Part shown: positions 54,704 to 64,000 of the stretch, piece after piece
Numbering within the stretch: position 1 is the first letter of the stretch
Layout: each line of letters begins with the position of its first letter
Assembly (NCBI GenBank): GCA_900541865.1
Contig: UQLO01000005.1
Coordinates: 19,177 to 83,176 of the forward strand
From: an uncultured Porphyromonadaceae bacterium
Lineage (GTDB): Bacteria > Bacteroidota > Bacteroidia > Bacteroidales > Muribaculaceae
DNA: 64,000 bases
Direction of reading: 5' to 3'
Notes under the pieces: model-generated
The model's database searches: none
Told to the model about the DNA's origin: nothing
What the model saw: only the letters and a program-made list of their open reading frames with translations
Translations under genes and position numbers: made by a program

Positions 54704-55879
54704 ATGCTTGCCATACGACAATTCATCACCTGCACCGCGCTGATTCTGACGGCATTTGCAGCATATCCGCTGACAGCGGATACCCTCGCCGCCGACACAG
54801 CCGCTACGGCCGACACCATTCGGCCGCGCAGGAACATCATAGGCAAGATTATAGACTATTTCAACGAAAGCAACAAACCTCGCAGCAGCCACGGCTTCGA
54901 CTTCAGCTTCATCGGCGGCCCATACTACTCTTCCGACACCAAATTCGGCATCGGCCTCGTCGCAGCAGGTCTCTACCGCACTTCCGAGCGCGATACGGCT
55001 CTGCCCCCCTCCGAAGTGTCGCTCTACCTCAAGGCTACCACGAGTATGTTCTTCCAGCTCGGTGTACGAGGCACCCATATTCAGCCCTCCGACCGAGCTC
55101 GCATAAACTACGACGTTAATGTGGCCTCCATAGCCACCAAGTTCTGGGGCATAGGCTACGACGAAAACATCGACAATGCCAACGAAGCAAAGTACAAATA
55201 CTTCAACTCCACAGCCCGCGTAAGCTGGGTATGGCGCATTCTGCCCAAATTCTACATCGGCCCCCAAGCCACTTTCGACTACGTCAACGGCCGCGACTTC
55301 CACAAGCACTGGCTGTGGCATGGCCAAAGCGACCGCTCGCTCAATGTCGGCCTCGGAATCACCATACAGTACGACACCCGCGACTTCCTCTCCAACGCCT
55401 ACCATGGCGTCTACTTCCGACTCGACCAGCGCTTCCTGCCGCGCTTTCTGGGCAATAAAAGCGCATTTTCGCTCACGGAGCTTACCCTGGCCGGCTACCG
55501 CAACGTCTGGAAAGGCGGTGTGCTCGCCGGTGAATTTCACACCCGCCTAACCTACGGCAACACACCCTGGGGCATGCTCAGCACCTTCGGCGGCAGCGAC
55601 AACATGCGAGGCTATTTCGAGGGCCGTTTCCGCGACAAGAGCGAGTTCGACGTCTGCCTCGAGCTACGCCAGCACATTTGGCGACGAAACGGTATCGTCG
55701 TCTGGGGTGGCGCCGGAATGGTCTTTCCGCGCTTCTCGGCGATGCGTTGGCGCATGCTGCTGCCAAACTACGGCGTGGGCTACCGCTGGGAGTTCAAAAA
55801 ACGAGTCAATGTGCGCGTCGACCTCGGCTTCGGCCGTCATCAGTCAGGTTTTATTTTCAGCATAAATGAAGCGTTCTGA
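54704..55879 (+). CDS. Outer-membrane beta-barrel protein (Omp85/BamA-like surface-antigen family)
   Basis: Signal peptide. Alternating amphipathic strands. A terminal aromatic ...FSINEAF. Confidence 0.45.
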   Translation: MLAIRQFITCTALILTAFAAYPLTADTLAADTAATADTIRPRRNIIGKIIDYFNESNKPRSSHGFDFSFIGGPYYSSDTKFGIGLVAAGLYRTSERDTALPPSEVSLYLKATTSMFFQLGVRGTHIQPSDRARINYDVNVASIATKFWGIGYDENIDNANEAKYKYFNSTARVSWVWRILPKFYIGPQATFDYVNGRDFHKHWLWHGQSDRSLNVGLGITIQYDTRDFLSNAYHGVYFRLDQRFLPRFLGNKSAFSLTELTLAGYRNVWKGGVLAGEFHTRLTYGNTPWGMLSTFGGSDNMRGYFEGRFRDKSEFDVCLELRQHIWRRNGIVVWGGAGMVFPRFSAMRWRMLLPNYGVGYRWEFKKRVNVRVDLGFGRHQSGFIFSINEAF

Positions 55880-57611
55880 CGAAAATACCACTACCGGCCG
55901 CAGTGCCGCCGCCGGACTTCTGATGTGGGCGCTTCCGGTGCTTCTTGCGGTGCCGAACATTGCACTATGCGTCACCGAGCGCCTGTACTCTTTCCCCGAG
56001 CGGGCGGCAAATCTGCTGCTGCCCCTGGGTGTGTACTGCATGCTCGCCGCCATGTGGAAACGAATCGGAATCACAACGCTGCTGACGCTGCCCCTGATGA
56101 TTCTGTGTGCCTTCCAGATTGTGCTGCTCTATCTCTACGGAGAGTCCATAATAGCAGTCGATATGTTCCTCAATGTGGTCACAACCAACATGAGCGAAGC
56201 TACCGAACTGCTTGCCAACCTCGTGCCGGCAATAGTGGCCGTATGCCTGCTCTATCTTCCGCCTTTGGTACTGGGCATAGTGCTCATCTGCCGTGGCAAA
56301 ACGACCACGGCGGGTCAGCGCCGCCCGGCTTTGCTCACCGGAGCCATCCTGACCGCTGTCGGCTTGGTGGCCTTGGGCGCTTCGTATGCTTCTGCAAAGG
56401 GATATTCGCCGGCGCGACGACTTTTTCCGGTCAACATCTGCTTCAACATAGGCACAGCCGTAGAGCGCACACAGGCCTCGAACGCATACTTCCGGACCTC
56501 GGCCCCATTCCGCTTCAACTCCGTGCTCACCGAGCCCGCCGATTCTGCAGTCTATGTGCTGGTGATTGGTGAAACATCGCGAGCCGGAAACTGGGAGCTG
56601 TGTGGTTACGAGCGCCACACCAACCCGCGCCTGTCGCGACGCAGCGGCATCACCTTCTTCCCCCACGCACTCTCCGAGAGCAACACCACCCACAAGAGCG
56701 TGCCTCTGATGATGAGTCACCTTAGCTGCCGCAGCTTCGGCGACTCCATCTATTGCGTAAAAGGCGTGGTCGATGCCTTTAAGGAGGCCGGCTTCCGCAC
56801 TGCCTGGATTTCGAACCAGGAACGCAACGGCGCCTTGATCGACTTCTTCGGCGAGCAGGCCGACAGCGTCGATTTCATCACCGACGACCACCGCCACCAC
56901 TATGACATCGAGACAGTGGGCCGTCTTGCGGAGACCCTGCGTGCCAATCCAGGCCCGATTTTCGTGGCCGTCCACACCTACGGCTCGCATTTCAACTACC
57001 GCGACCGTATTCCCGAGGGTTTCGGAATGTTCTTCCCCGACGATGCTACAGAAGCCGAGAAAAGCAACCGCGACCAACTCATCAACGCCTACGACAACTC
57101 CATACTCTACACCGACATGGTGCTCGACAGCATCATCGGCACCATCGCCGCAACCGGACGCCCCGCTGCACTGGTATATGCCGCCGACCACGGTGAGGAT
57201 ATTTTCGACGACGACAGAGGCCGATTCCTGCACGCCTCGCCCACGCCTACTTTCTATCAGATTCATGTGCCGGTGGTGGTATGGACTTCCGAAAACTATG
57301 GCGCCCGTAGGCCGGACGTGGCTGAGGCGCTGGCTCGCAATGCCGGTATGAGAGTGTCGTCGAGTCGCTCCGCTTTCCATACGCTGCTGCACCTGGCCGG
57401 AATCACAACTCCCTGCTTCGACCCCACGGCGGCTCTCTCAAGCACTGCCTACCGTTCGCTGCCGACGGAATATCTCAACGACTACAACGAAGCTGTCGAC
57501 CTCGTGCAGGCCGGTCTGCGCCCCGAAGACTTTCAGGCCTTGGAGGGTGCCGGAATGTATCAGGACTTGGATAATCTTGCGTGGGGACGACGTACTTTCC
57601 AGCCCGAGTAG
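55866..57611 (+). CDS. Phosphoethanolamine transferase (EptA-like; five TM helices plus a sulfatase domain)
   Basis: TM N-terminal domain, then ...VLVIGETSRAGNWELCGYERHTNPRL.... Confidence 0.75.
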   Translation: MKRSDENTTTGRSAAAGLLMWALPVLLAVPNIALCVTERLYSFPERAANLLLPLGVYCMLAAMWKRIGITTLLTLPLMILCAFQIVLLYLYGESIIAVDMFLNVVTTNMSEATELLANLVPAIVAVCLLYLPPLVLGIVLICRGKTTTAGQRRPALLTGAILTAVGLVALGASYASAKGYSPARRLFPVNICFNIGTAVERTQASNAYFRTSAPFRFNSVLTEPADSAVYVLVIGETSRAGNWELCGYERHTNPRLSRRSGITFFPHALSESNTTHKSVPLMMSHLSCRSFGDSIYCVKGVVDAFKEAGFRTAWISNQERNGALIDFFGEQADSVDFITDDHRHHYDIETVGRLAETLRANPGPIFVAVHTYGSHFNYRDRIPEGFGMFFPDDATEAEKSNRDQLINAYDNSILYTDMVLDSIIGTIAATGRPAALVYAADHGEDIFDDDRGRFLHASPTPTFYQIHVPVVVWTSENYGARRPDVAEALARNAGMRVSSSRSAFHTLLHLAGITTPCFDPTAALSSTAYRSLPTEYLNDYNEAVDLVQAGLRPEDFQALEGAGMYQDLDNLAWGRRTFQPE

Positions 57612-58996
57612 AGGCACCAAAGGGCAATACCGCCGGCAAGCACTACGAAAAACCATGTGGCGCTCTCGCCGAAGTAGATTCGGCCCGAGTGCGCCTCCAG
57701 CGCCGCTGTCCATAGCGGCATAGGAAGCAGCTTCAGCTCTTCCGGCTGCGGAAGGGATTCGGTGCCAGAGTCGTAGAGCACGGCGAAGGGCTCGCCGAAG
57801 TCGGCGCTGTAGCCCGATACCTTTTTCTTGCCTACGGGAGGGCCGGCAGCAGCGGCTGCCGGTTCGCCGGTATACCAATCGATGGTTTCGCCGCTTGCCG
57901 AATCCCATACAAACATCCCGCTGAAGGAGCCGCACAGCCAGGCGCCCTCTGCTGTTTTCTCCCACACGTTAAGGCCCATCACGCTCACCGGAGGGACAGC
58001 CTCAAGGGCAGTGTAGGGTCCTTCGGGTCTTTCCGAGCTGAAGAAGCCCTGCGAAGAGGAGAGCAGCCAACGGCCCGTGGCGTCGTCGAAGCGCAGCATG
58101 CGCAGCTTGTCGTGCCAGGGGTTGGAGTCATCGCGCAGTGCGGTGCCGCGGGGCGCTTCTGTCTTCCACAGCGCCAGCGGAACCATAAAAGGCGGCCGAA
58201 GCATCCACCCCGTAAAAAACACCAGGGCCACAAGCGCTATGGTCCATACTCCCGCCTTGCGGTGCACCTTAAGGTGGAATTTGGCGTGTATGCCGTGGCG
58301 GTAGCACTTGAGCCAGAAGAAAAAGCCGGTCAGGCAGAGCACCAGAGTGACAACTGCCACGAGGTCGACCACAAGGCGCCCCGGCAGCCCGAACAACTCG
58401 CCGCTGTGGAGCATCCACACGATGCGGAACGCCGTGGTGCCGCTAAGATCGGTCTGAGCCGACGCCGTAGGTATTATTCGCTCAAAAGTGCGACCGCCGT
58501 CGGGCGAAACGTTAAGGAAAGAGCGGCCCACGGCGATGATAGTGTCGCTGCGAGCGGTGAGGTCGGAGAAACGGTCGCCGTCGGCACATAGAACTCTCAC
58601 CCAGCGGTCACTGCCAAGGCGATAGACTGCGTCGCCGGTAGCCATCCAAACGGAACCATCGGAGGTTCGGGCCATGGCGCGTACATTGCGGGAGGCAGCC
58701 GCCGAAGGCAACCCGGCGTTGAAGTCCCGGCAGTTGGAGCCGGTGCTGTCGGCAATGAAAACTCCGCCTGTGCCGAAGACCAGCACCCGCGCATCGTCCG
58801 TAGGGAGCGTGCCTCGGAGTAGGCCGGCATTCCAGTTTTTGTGGTAATAAAAGGGCGGTAGCATCCACCGGGGCACCGAAACGCTGTCGGAAAAGCCGCG
58901 ATGGTTGAGCAGAATACCTGAAATGCAAAAAACGGCCAGGAGCACGCAGCACACGAGCCCTGACCATTTATGTTGACGGTGCCAGTTGACAGCCAC
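57560..58996 (-). CDS. PepSY-associated TM helix domain protein
   Basis: N-terminal RQHKWSGLVCCVLLAVFCISGILLNH. An internal TM pair with the HxxxG motif context. C-terminal TM. Confidence 0.6.
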   Translation of the reverse strand: MAVNWHRQHKWSGLVCCVLLAVFCISGILLNHRGFSDSVSVPRWMLPPFYYHKNWNAGLLRGTLPTDDARVLVFGTGGVFIADSTGSNCRDFNAGLPSAAASRNVRAMARTSDGSVWMATGDAVYRLGSDRWVRVLCADGDRFSDLTARSDTIIAVGRSFLNVSPDGGRTFERIIPTASAQTDLSGTTAFRIVWMLHSGELFGLPGRLVVDLVAVVTLVLCLTGFFFWLKCYRHGIHAKFHLKVHRKAGVWTIALVALVFFTGWMLRPPFMVPLALWKTEAPRGTALRDDSNPWHDKLRMLRFDDATGRWLLSSSQGFFSSERPEGPYTALEAVPPVSVMGLNVWEKTAEGAWLCGSFSGMFVWDSASGETIDWYTGEPAAAAAGPPVGKKKVSGYSADFGEPFAVLYDSGTESLPQPEELKLLPMPLWTAALEAHSGRIYFGESATWFFVVLAGGIALWCLYSGWKVRRPHARLSKS

Positions 58997-58999
58997 CCG

Positions 59000-59869
59000 T
59001 CAAGATTTTTTGAGACCCGCCCACAGAGTGTAGGCGCCAAGCCCGACGAAAAGCGCAGCCAGGATGCTCATTTCGACCACGTGTTCCATCGGAGCCACCC
59101 AAATTTCGTTCAACAGCCCTATATGGCCCAGTATTTCCACAAACGTCCAGAGAACAAGTACGGTGGCTATAGCCAGACGGATGTTGGCACCCCATGAGGC
59201 AACTTTGGTCTGCCGCAGGAAGATGAAGGCGGAGCCTATCAGGCACACCAGACCCAGAGCAAGCGTCACCGGGTGGGTGTCGCCAAGAAATTGGGTGTCG
59301 TAGCAGAACATAAGTACCACATAAGTGGTCCACATCATCACGTTGAGCTCCATAAAGGTAACTATGGAGGCGTGGCGCGTCATAGGGCGCACCACGATGG
59401 CGTCGCGGCGACGACCCATCAGGTGCTTCTGAATCCAGTTGAAGAAACTGCAGCCCGTGCGCGTGCTGAAGATGTAGAGAAGATAGAACATCATCAGCAT
59501 ACCGAAGGTGGCCGGCAGAACAAGATATTCGGGCTGGGTCACCTTTCCGGTCACCGGGTCCTCGTAGGGCAGCATGCCGAAGCGGTCCACATAGTACTGG
59601 AAGAGAAATTCCACCCAGCCCGTCCAAAAGAGCAGACCGCCGAAGAGCCCGAAGAGGGTCTGGCGCAGGTCGCCGCGCACAAAGACTCCGGCAATAGTAA
59701 GCAGCATGCCGGCCAGACCCATCAGGAAGGCCGAAACGTGTAGCACGCCCGGAGCCATGGTGTGCTCCATGATTTTCATCAGGGCGTGGCCCAGCGGCAT
59801 AGTGAACAGCACGAGGAAAAATGAGGCGAGGGCTTTGCCCCAGTATCGTTTTTTCTGTGTCGTTTGCAT
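59000..59869 (-). CDS. Polytopic inner-membrane hypothetical protein
   Basis: Seven or more hydrophobic helices. The MQTTQKK start is preferred, to avoid overlap with the TBDR. Confidence 0.45.
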   Translation of the reverse strand: MQTTQKKRYWGKALASFFLVLFTMPLGHALMKIMEHTMAPGVLHVSAFLMGLAGMLLTIAGVFVRGDLRQTLFGLFGGLLFWTGWVEFLFQYYVDRFGMLPYEDPVTGKVTQPEYLVLPATFGMLMMFYLLYIFSTRTGCSFFNWIQKHLMGRRRDAIVVRPMTRHASIVTFMELNVMMWTTYVVLMFCYDTQFLGDTHPVTLALGLVCLIGSAFIFLRQTKVASWGANIRLAIATVLVLWTFVEILGHIGLLNEIWVAPMEHVVEMSILAALFVGLGAYTLWAGLKKS

Positions 59870-59906
59870 TGTGTTTGATTGATTGAGAGTTATTGAAAGC
59901 CCTTGC

Positions 59907-61874
59907 TCACTGCAGGGTGATCGAAGCACCGACATGGAATGTGATGCCGGCCGTCACCGGAGCGTTGAGGAAGTAGTATTTGGGCTTGTAGTTGAAGAGA
60001 TTGTCGAGAGAGACGTTCACCTTGAATCGCGGTGTAAGCATCTGCGCAGCCGACAGCTTCCACATCGTATAAGCCGGGTAGCGAACGTCGACGGTACCGG
60101 CGGCGATGTCGTAGTAGTCCTTGTACTCGCGGTTTGTGACTCCGGAGTATACTCGGCCGTTAAGACCTATGGTGAAGTCGTAGCCGCGACTCCACGTCTT
60201 GAGCCATTCCACGCGTGCGGTCAGGGCATGGCGCCGGGCAGGTATGTACTGATTGTTGGCGGTGTTGCCTTCTTTGTCCTTTGCGAACACCTCGTGGGTG
60301 AAGGAGTAGGACACCTTGGCCGAAATACCGCAGTTCCAGCGGGCCTGGGCGGTGACTTCGACGCCAACCACGTTGTATTTGTCGAGGTTGACATAGTCCA
60401 AATAGAGCTGGCGGGGATTGTCGAGGCCGTAGTAGGGCAGCCCGGTAGCTATTTTGTCGCGGACGTGGTTGTAGTAGGCCGTCACGGCGAAGTTGTAGGC
60501 TCGCCAGGTGTAGTCGGCCGAGAGGTTAACGTTGTGGCTCGTCTCGGGCTTGAGGTTAGGATTGCCTTTGACAATCCAAATACCGGCCATATCAAAGTCG
60601 TAGAACTGCTCCTTGAGCGTTGGCGTGCGGAATCCCATGCCGTAGCCGGCGCGCAGGTTGAGATTGCGCAGGGGGCGGTAGCGGGCCGATATTTTGGGCG
60701 TCACGCGCGAGAGATTGCCGCGTGAGAAATAGTCGTAGCGCACGGCGCCGACCACTTCCCAGGCATTGTTGACAACCCAGTCGTACTGGGCGAAGGCGTC
60801 GAAGTTTGTTTCGTGCTTGTCCTCCTCTATTTTGGTGTTCATCAGGAAGTCGCGGCGGAAGTCGGCGCCAACGGTGAGCACGTCCTCGGTGCGTATGGTG
60901 CGGTTGTAGACGCCTCGAACGGAGTTCTGCACGTTGCTGTAGTTGCGCACGTCGAGCCCGCTGCGTTTGCGGAAGTCGGACTTGTCGTACTGATCGAAGG
61001 AGTAGGCAATGTCAAGATTGTCGTCGGGGGTGATTTTCCACGTTGCGCGCAGGCCGGCCGAGTAGTCGCGGTAGCGTTCGGGGTTGTCGGCCAGGCGCGG
61101 CACTTCGCGGAAGTAGTATCCGGCGCGACCGGTGAGCTTGAGACCCTCGACGGGCGTCACCGAAAGCTGCTCTTTGACGTTGAGAACCCGGTTGCCGTAG
61201 ATAGAAGTGACCACGCGAGTGGGAGGGTTGGGCGCCGAGTTGACGTCGTAGCCGTCGATGCGGGAATAGGTCGCGCTTAGTGTGTTGCGGATCCATTTGT
61301 TGCGCACGCCTACTGTGATGCCGTATCGCTGGTCGTTGTGGCGCCCGTAGCGTGCATTGGCGTTTACGCTCCAGGGGCGCTGGGGCTCGCGTGTGATGAC
61401 GTTGATCACGCCGCCGGCGGCATTGCTGCCGTAGAGGGCGCTGGAGGCGCCTCGCACAATCTCGATGCGCTCTACGCCGGCCATCTCGAGGCGGCTGAAG
61501 TCGACGTCGTCCATCGTTTCGCCCGCCAGGCGCTCGCCGTCGACCAGAAAAAGCACGCTCTGGCCGCCGAAGCCGCCGAAATTGAGGTGCGTCTGCTGGT
61601 TCATGGCGTAGGTGAACTCCACCGCGGGTAGTTCCTGCTCGAGCAGGCCCTGAATGTCGGTGGCGTCGGTGCGTTCTATGTCTTTGCTTGTTATGAGTTG
61701 CGTCTGTACGGGCGTGTCCTTAAGAAGACGGGGCGCACGGGTACCCGTAACAACAATTTCGGCAAGGTCAAAAGCCCGCTCCAGAGAGTCGAGGTAGGCC
61801 GAGTCGGCCGGAGAAATATAGGAGGGGGCTGCCGATGCCACCGTTGCGGCCGCAACTAATGCCGGTAAGGTCAT
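59907..61874 (-). CDS. hmuR: TonB-dependent receptor, HmuR-like (heme/hemoprotein)
   Basis: Plug domain ...IVVTGTRAPRLLKDTPVQTQLITSKDIE.... A 22-strand barrel length. Immediately downstream of hmuY, overlapping it by 4 nt. Confidence 0.75.
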   Translation of the reverse strand: MTLPALVAAATVASAAPSYISPADSAYLDSLERAFDLAEIVVTGTRAPRLLKDTPVQTQLITSKDIERTDATDIQGLLEQELPAVEFTYAMNQQTHLNFGGFGGQSVLFLVDGERLAGETMDDVDFSRLEMAGVERIEIVRGASSALYGSNAAGGVINVITREPQRPWSVNANARYGRHNDQRYGITVGVRNKWIRNTLSATYSRIDGYDVNSAPNPPTRVVTSIYGNRVLNVKEQLSVTPVEGLKLTGRAGYYFREVPRLADNPERYRDYSAGLRATWKITPDDNLDIAYSFDQYDKSDFRKRSGLDVRNYSNVQNSVRGVYNRTIRTEDVLTVGADFRRDFLMNTKIEEDKHETNFDAFAQYDWVVNNAWEVVGAVRYDYFSRGNLSRVTPKISARYRPLRNLNLRAGYGMGFRTPTLKEQFYDFDMAGIWIVKGNPNLKPETSHNVNLSADYTWRAYNFAVTAYYNHVRDKIATGLPYYGLDNPRQLYLDYVNLDKYNVVGVEVTAQARWNCGISAKVSYSFTHEVFAKDKEGNTANNQYIPARRHALTARVEWLKTWSRGYDFTIGLNGRVYSGVTNREYKDYYDIAAGTVDVRYPAYTMWKLSAAQMLTPRFKVNVSLDNLFNYKPKYYFLNAPVTAGITFHVGASITLQ

Positions 61875-62659
61875 AATGGGTAGCGGTAGTTAATGGTAAG
61901 GCAGCATTTGGTGCCGTCCGGGCCGATGTAGTCGGCAAGCTGGAGAGCGCCCAGGGTGCCGTCGGCAAGCTTGATGACGAACACATTGCCGTTCATGGAG
62001 AAAGCCGGTGGCATGGGTGGAATCTCTATCGACAGCCAAGAGGACAGCGTACGGTTGATTTTTATGCCCTGGTTGCCAATCAATCCCAGCAGCATGCGGT
62101 CCTGAATGGTCCAGACTTCGTTTTCGGTCCAGGTGTCTTCCTCAAAGGTGAGTGCGCTGAGGAAGGTCTTGTCGGAGGGTATCTCGGAGAAATCTTTGAA
62201 ACTTGTGGCAGCCACGGTGGCACCGTTGGTTCGCACATTGTTGCGATGCACGGCCAAGGTCCACTTTTCCGGCTGCGGTTGCTCAGCGGTTGCGGCGAAG
62301 TCGCGGAATTCGTTTTTGGTGATTCCTTCGCCCCAAACGTCGTACCAGTATGTGTAGAGACCTGTTTTGGAGGTGGGGTCCGCGGAGGCTTCCTCATCAA
62401 GAGGAATGTCTGCCTCGACCCACGCCCGAGAGGTATTGTAGAGACTGTCGGCAGCGACACTGTCGGCCACGGCAGGCAGGTCTATGTAGTACCATTTTCC
62501 CCAGTCGGAGGCGTTGACGTACAACTCGCCGGCTATGGTGCGTGGTGCTTCGTCGGCGGGTTCGTCGTAGACCCCGGCAAACAGACCGTTGCATCCCGGG
62601 AGCACCAGCAGTGCTCCCGGAATGAACAGTAAGGAGAGGAATCTGTCAATCAATCTCAT
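61871..62659 (-). CDS. hmuY: HmuY-family heme-binding lipoprotein
   Basis: Lipoprotein signal ...LPGC. The WTLAVHRNNVRTNG motif matches HmuY (W.IAFHRY.IRTNG). Confidence 0.7.
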   Translation of the reverse strand: MRLIDRFLSLLFIPGALLVLPGCNGLFAGVYDEPADEAPRTIAGELYVNASDWGKWYYIDLPAVADSVAADSLYNTSRAWVEADIPLDEEASADPTSKTGLYTYWYDVWGEGITKNEFRDFAATAEQPQPEKWTLAVHRNNVRTNGATVAATSFKDFSEIPSDKTFLSALTFEEDTWTENEVWTIQDRMLLGLIGNQGIKINRTLSSWLSIEIPPMPPAFSMNGNVFVIKLADGTLGALQLADYIGPDGTKCCLTINYRYPL

Positions 62660-62668
62660 CAGTATGAA

Positions 62669-63259
62669 TTATTTGGAACCCTCGAACTTAGCCTCCAGGG
62701 GGAAGGGCATAGCACCCAGCTTGAAGGGGTTCGTGATTTTGATGCCGTTTTCACCGTCGGCAACGATGAGGATGGAGCTGGGGTCGTTGAGGGGGTAGTC
62801 CTGATTGAAGCCGGGAGTGCCGTTGGTCTCGGAGTAGAAGTGCTGGGTGAGGCCCTGGCCGCCATAGTTGCGGTAGAAACCGCCCTGTGCTTCGTCGTAC
62901 TCCAGACCGGTGATGGTGAGCGCGCCCAGGGTGAGGTCGCCCATCTGGGTGCCGGGGAGGGTGTACTCGGGGAAGGAAGCGGTCAGCGTGCCGTCGGCTT
63001 CAGCGGTCAGGGTGCAGGTGATGGTGGTGCTGTAGGTCCACATACCGCCCACGGTGAGGCTCTGGCTGCCGGTGTAGGCACCGGCGAATTTCTCGGCCAT
63101 GGTGGGCTCGGCGAGGGTCTCAAAAGTCATCTCGCGAACGTCGGCAACACTGAAAGTGTGCTCGGTGCCATCGGCCATGGTGAGTTTGAGTACTTCGGTC
63201 TGTGCGGAAGCAAAGAGGGCGGCGCTCAGCGCCAGGGATGCGAGTATAGTTTTTTTCAT
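62669..63259 (-). CDS. Secreted hypothetical protein (196 aa)
   Basis: Signal peptide MKKTILASLALSAALFASAQ. Co-directional, 10 bp upstream of hmuY. Confidence 0.45.
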   Translation of the reverse strand: MKKTILASLALSAALFASAQTEVLKLTMADGTEHTFSVADVREMTFETLAEPTMAEKFAGAYTGSQSLTVGGMWTYSTTITCTLTAEADGTLTASFPEYTLPGTQMGDLTLGALTITGLEYDEAQGGFYRNYGGQGLTQHFYSETNGTPGFNQDYPLNDPSSILIVADGENGIKITNPFKLGAMPFPLEAKFEGSK

Positions 63260-63281
63260 TGTGGTTTTTGCTGAAAGATGG

Positions 63282-63716
63282 TTATTTAGCGATTTTGAGG
63301 GTCATACCGCCGGCCACGGCCACGTAGACGCCGGAGGGCAGGCTGCTGAGAGAGAGTGTGCCGAAGCCATTGAGACGCAGGCGTCCGGTGAGGTCATAGA
63401 CGGCTATCTCGGTGTCGGCTGCCTGCAAGGTGCCGTTGAGGTAGGCTAGAGCATTGCCGGAGGCGACAATTTCGGCCACACCCGATTCGGAAACCTCGGT
63501 AAAATCCATTTTCGCAACATCCGCGCGGGCGAAGGTGGCGCTGACGCCGTCGACCGTCACGGTGACGTCCTGCCCGGGGTAGGTCACCACCGGCTGCTTG
63601 TCGAGCACGAAGGTCTTCTCGGTGCTGTCGGCGAGCACAACGCGAAGCGCAGTGGCGGCGTTGGAAGCCAGAGTGCAACCGGCAAGAATGGTGAGTACGA
63701 TTGGTAATTTTTTCAT
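63282..63716 (-). CDS. Small secreted protein with a T9SS-type C-terminal domain
   Basis: Signal peptide. C-terminal ...GVYVAVAGGMTLKIAK. Confidence 0.45.
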   Translation of the reverse strand: MKKLPIVLTILAGCTLASNAATALRVVLADSTEKTFVLDKQPVVTYPGQDVTVTVDGVSATFARADVAKMDFTEVSESGVAEIVASGNALAYLNGTLQAADTEIAVYDLTGRLRLNGFGTLSLSSLPSGVYVAVAGGMTLKIAK

Positions 63717-63863
63717 TTATACTTCTCTTTATGTATAGTTACTTTTTCCGACTGCAAAATTACTACTTTCAAAGCCCACAATGCAATACCCAAAAATCGG
63801 TAATTTGAAAAAATCGTGACGGGCCATGTTGTCCATGACCCGTCACAATTTCTCTATGACGTT

Positions 63864-64000
63864 TTTCAGCCTGCAGGAGTGGGTTCGACGTCGATAGGCG
63901 GCGGGACTTCGGCACCCGGAAGCTCTTTGTGGCGGTCGCCGAATATTTCGTCGGTGCGCGAGGTCCAGGGGCGCGGCCCGAAGATTCGCTCTACGTCGGC
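63864..64000 (-). CDS. 3' end of an unidentified CDS, truncated by the window edge
   Basis: Open frame to the edge: ...ADVERIFGPRPWTSRTDEIFGDRHKELPGAEVPPPIDVEPTPAG*. Confidence 0.3.

Overview
A 64 kb high-GC chromosomal segment that looks Bacteroidota/Bacteroidales by content. Supporting signs: several proteins with T9SS-type C-terminal sorting domains, DUF4835 after recN, an hmuY-hmuR heme pair, a DUF3990/DUF3791 pair, and TAnnTTTG-type -7 promoter boxes. About 55 protein genes are supportable, plus one tRNA (tRNA-Gln, CTG, minus strand).

The housekeeping backbone is:
- miaB (5'-partial); S4-domain protein, pth and rplY
- flavodoxin; a rlmB-recN-DUF4835-coaBC-exonuclease-dnaN run
- a DEAD-box helicase; an OmpR/HisKA two-component pair; topB and mazG
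- dsbD plus a standalone DsbD-alpha-like paralog; pullulanase
- an Omp85-like barrel; a phosphoethanolamine transferase; a PepSY protein; TonB-dependent receptor with hmuY.

From dnaN (40318) down to 11635 every gene is on the minus strand.

The most striking content is a tightly packed ~18 kb, 12-gene minus-strand array at 15812-33644, with intergenic gaps of only 6-60 bp. It encodes:
- a 1057-aa protein with split actin/Hsp70-fold phosphate motifs (SrfB-like);
- two large P-loop GTPases of 977 and 660 aa (dynamin/SrfC-like) with G1/G3/G4 motifs;
- a membrane-anchored S8 subtilase;
- several membrane-anchored orphan proteins, including a tail-anchored protein with Ig/CarboxypepD_reg-like repeats;
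- a DUF1294 mini-membrane protein;
- three tandem paralogs, each with a TM anchor, a Pro/Glu-rich linker and a DUF2135(YfaP)-like domain. One linker is encoded by a hexanucleotide VNTR.

No described system matches this combination; it is a candidate novel envelope or membrane-remodelling module.

A second notable locus is a lipoprotein gene (8933-10314, minus). Its signal peptide and body are separated by a G8 homopolymer that puts them out of frame, giving a phase-variation-OFF or pseudogene state. It is bracketed by two ~325 bp direct repeats that carry 2-3 tandem 48-bp hairpin units.

Smaller points: an HTH-DUF3990-DUF3791 tricistron with ATGA overlaps lies next to the tRNA; a G9 tract sits in a promoter region; and a CD225/dispanin protein has a GYF-like N-terminus and QQPYG repeats.
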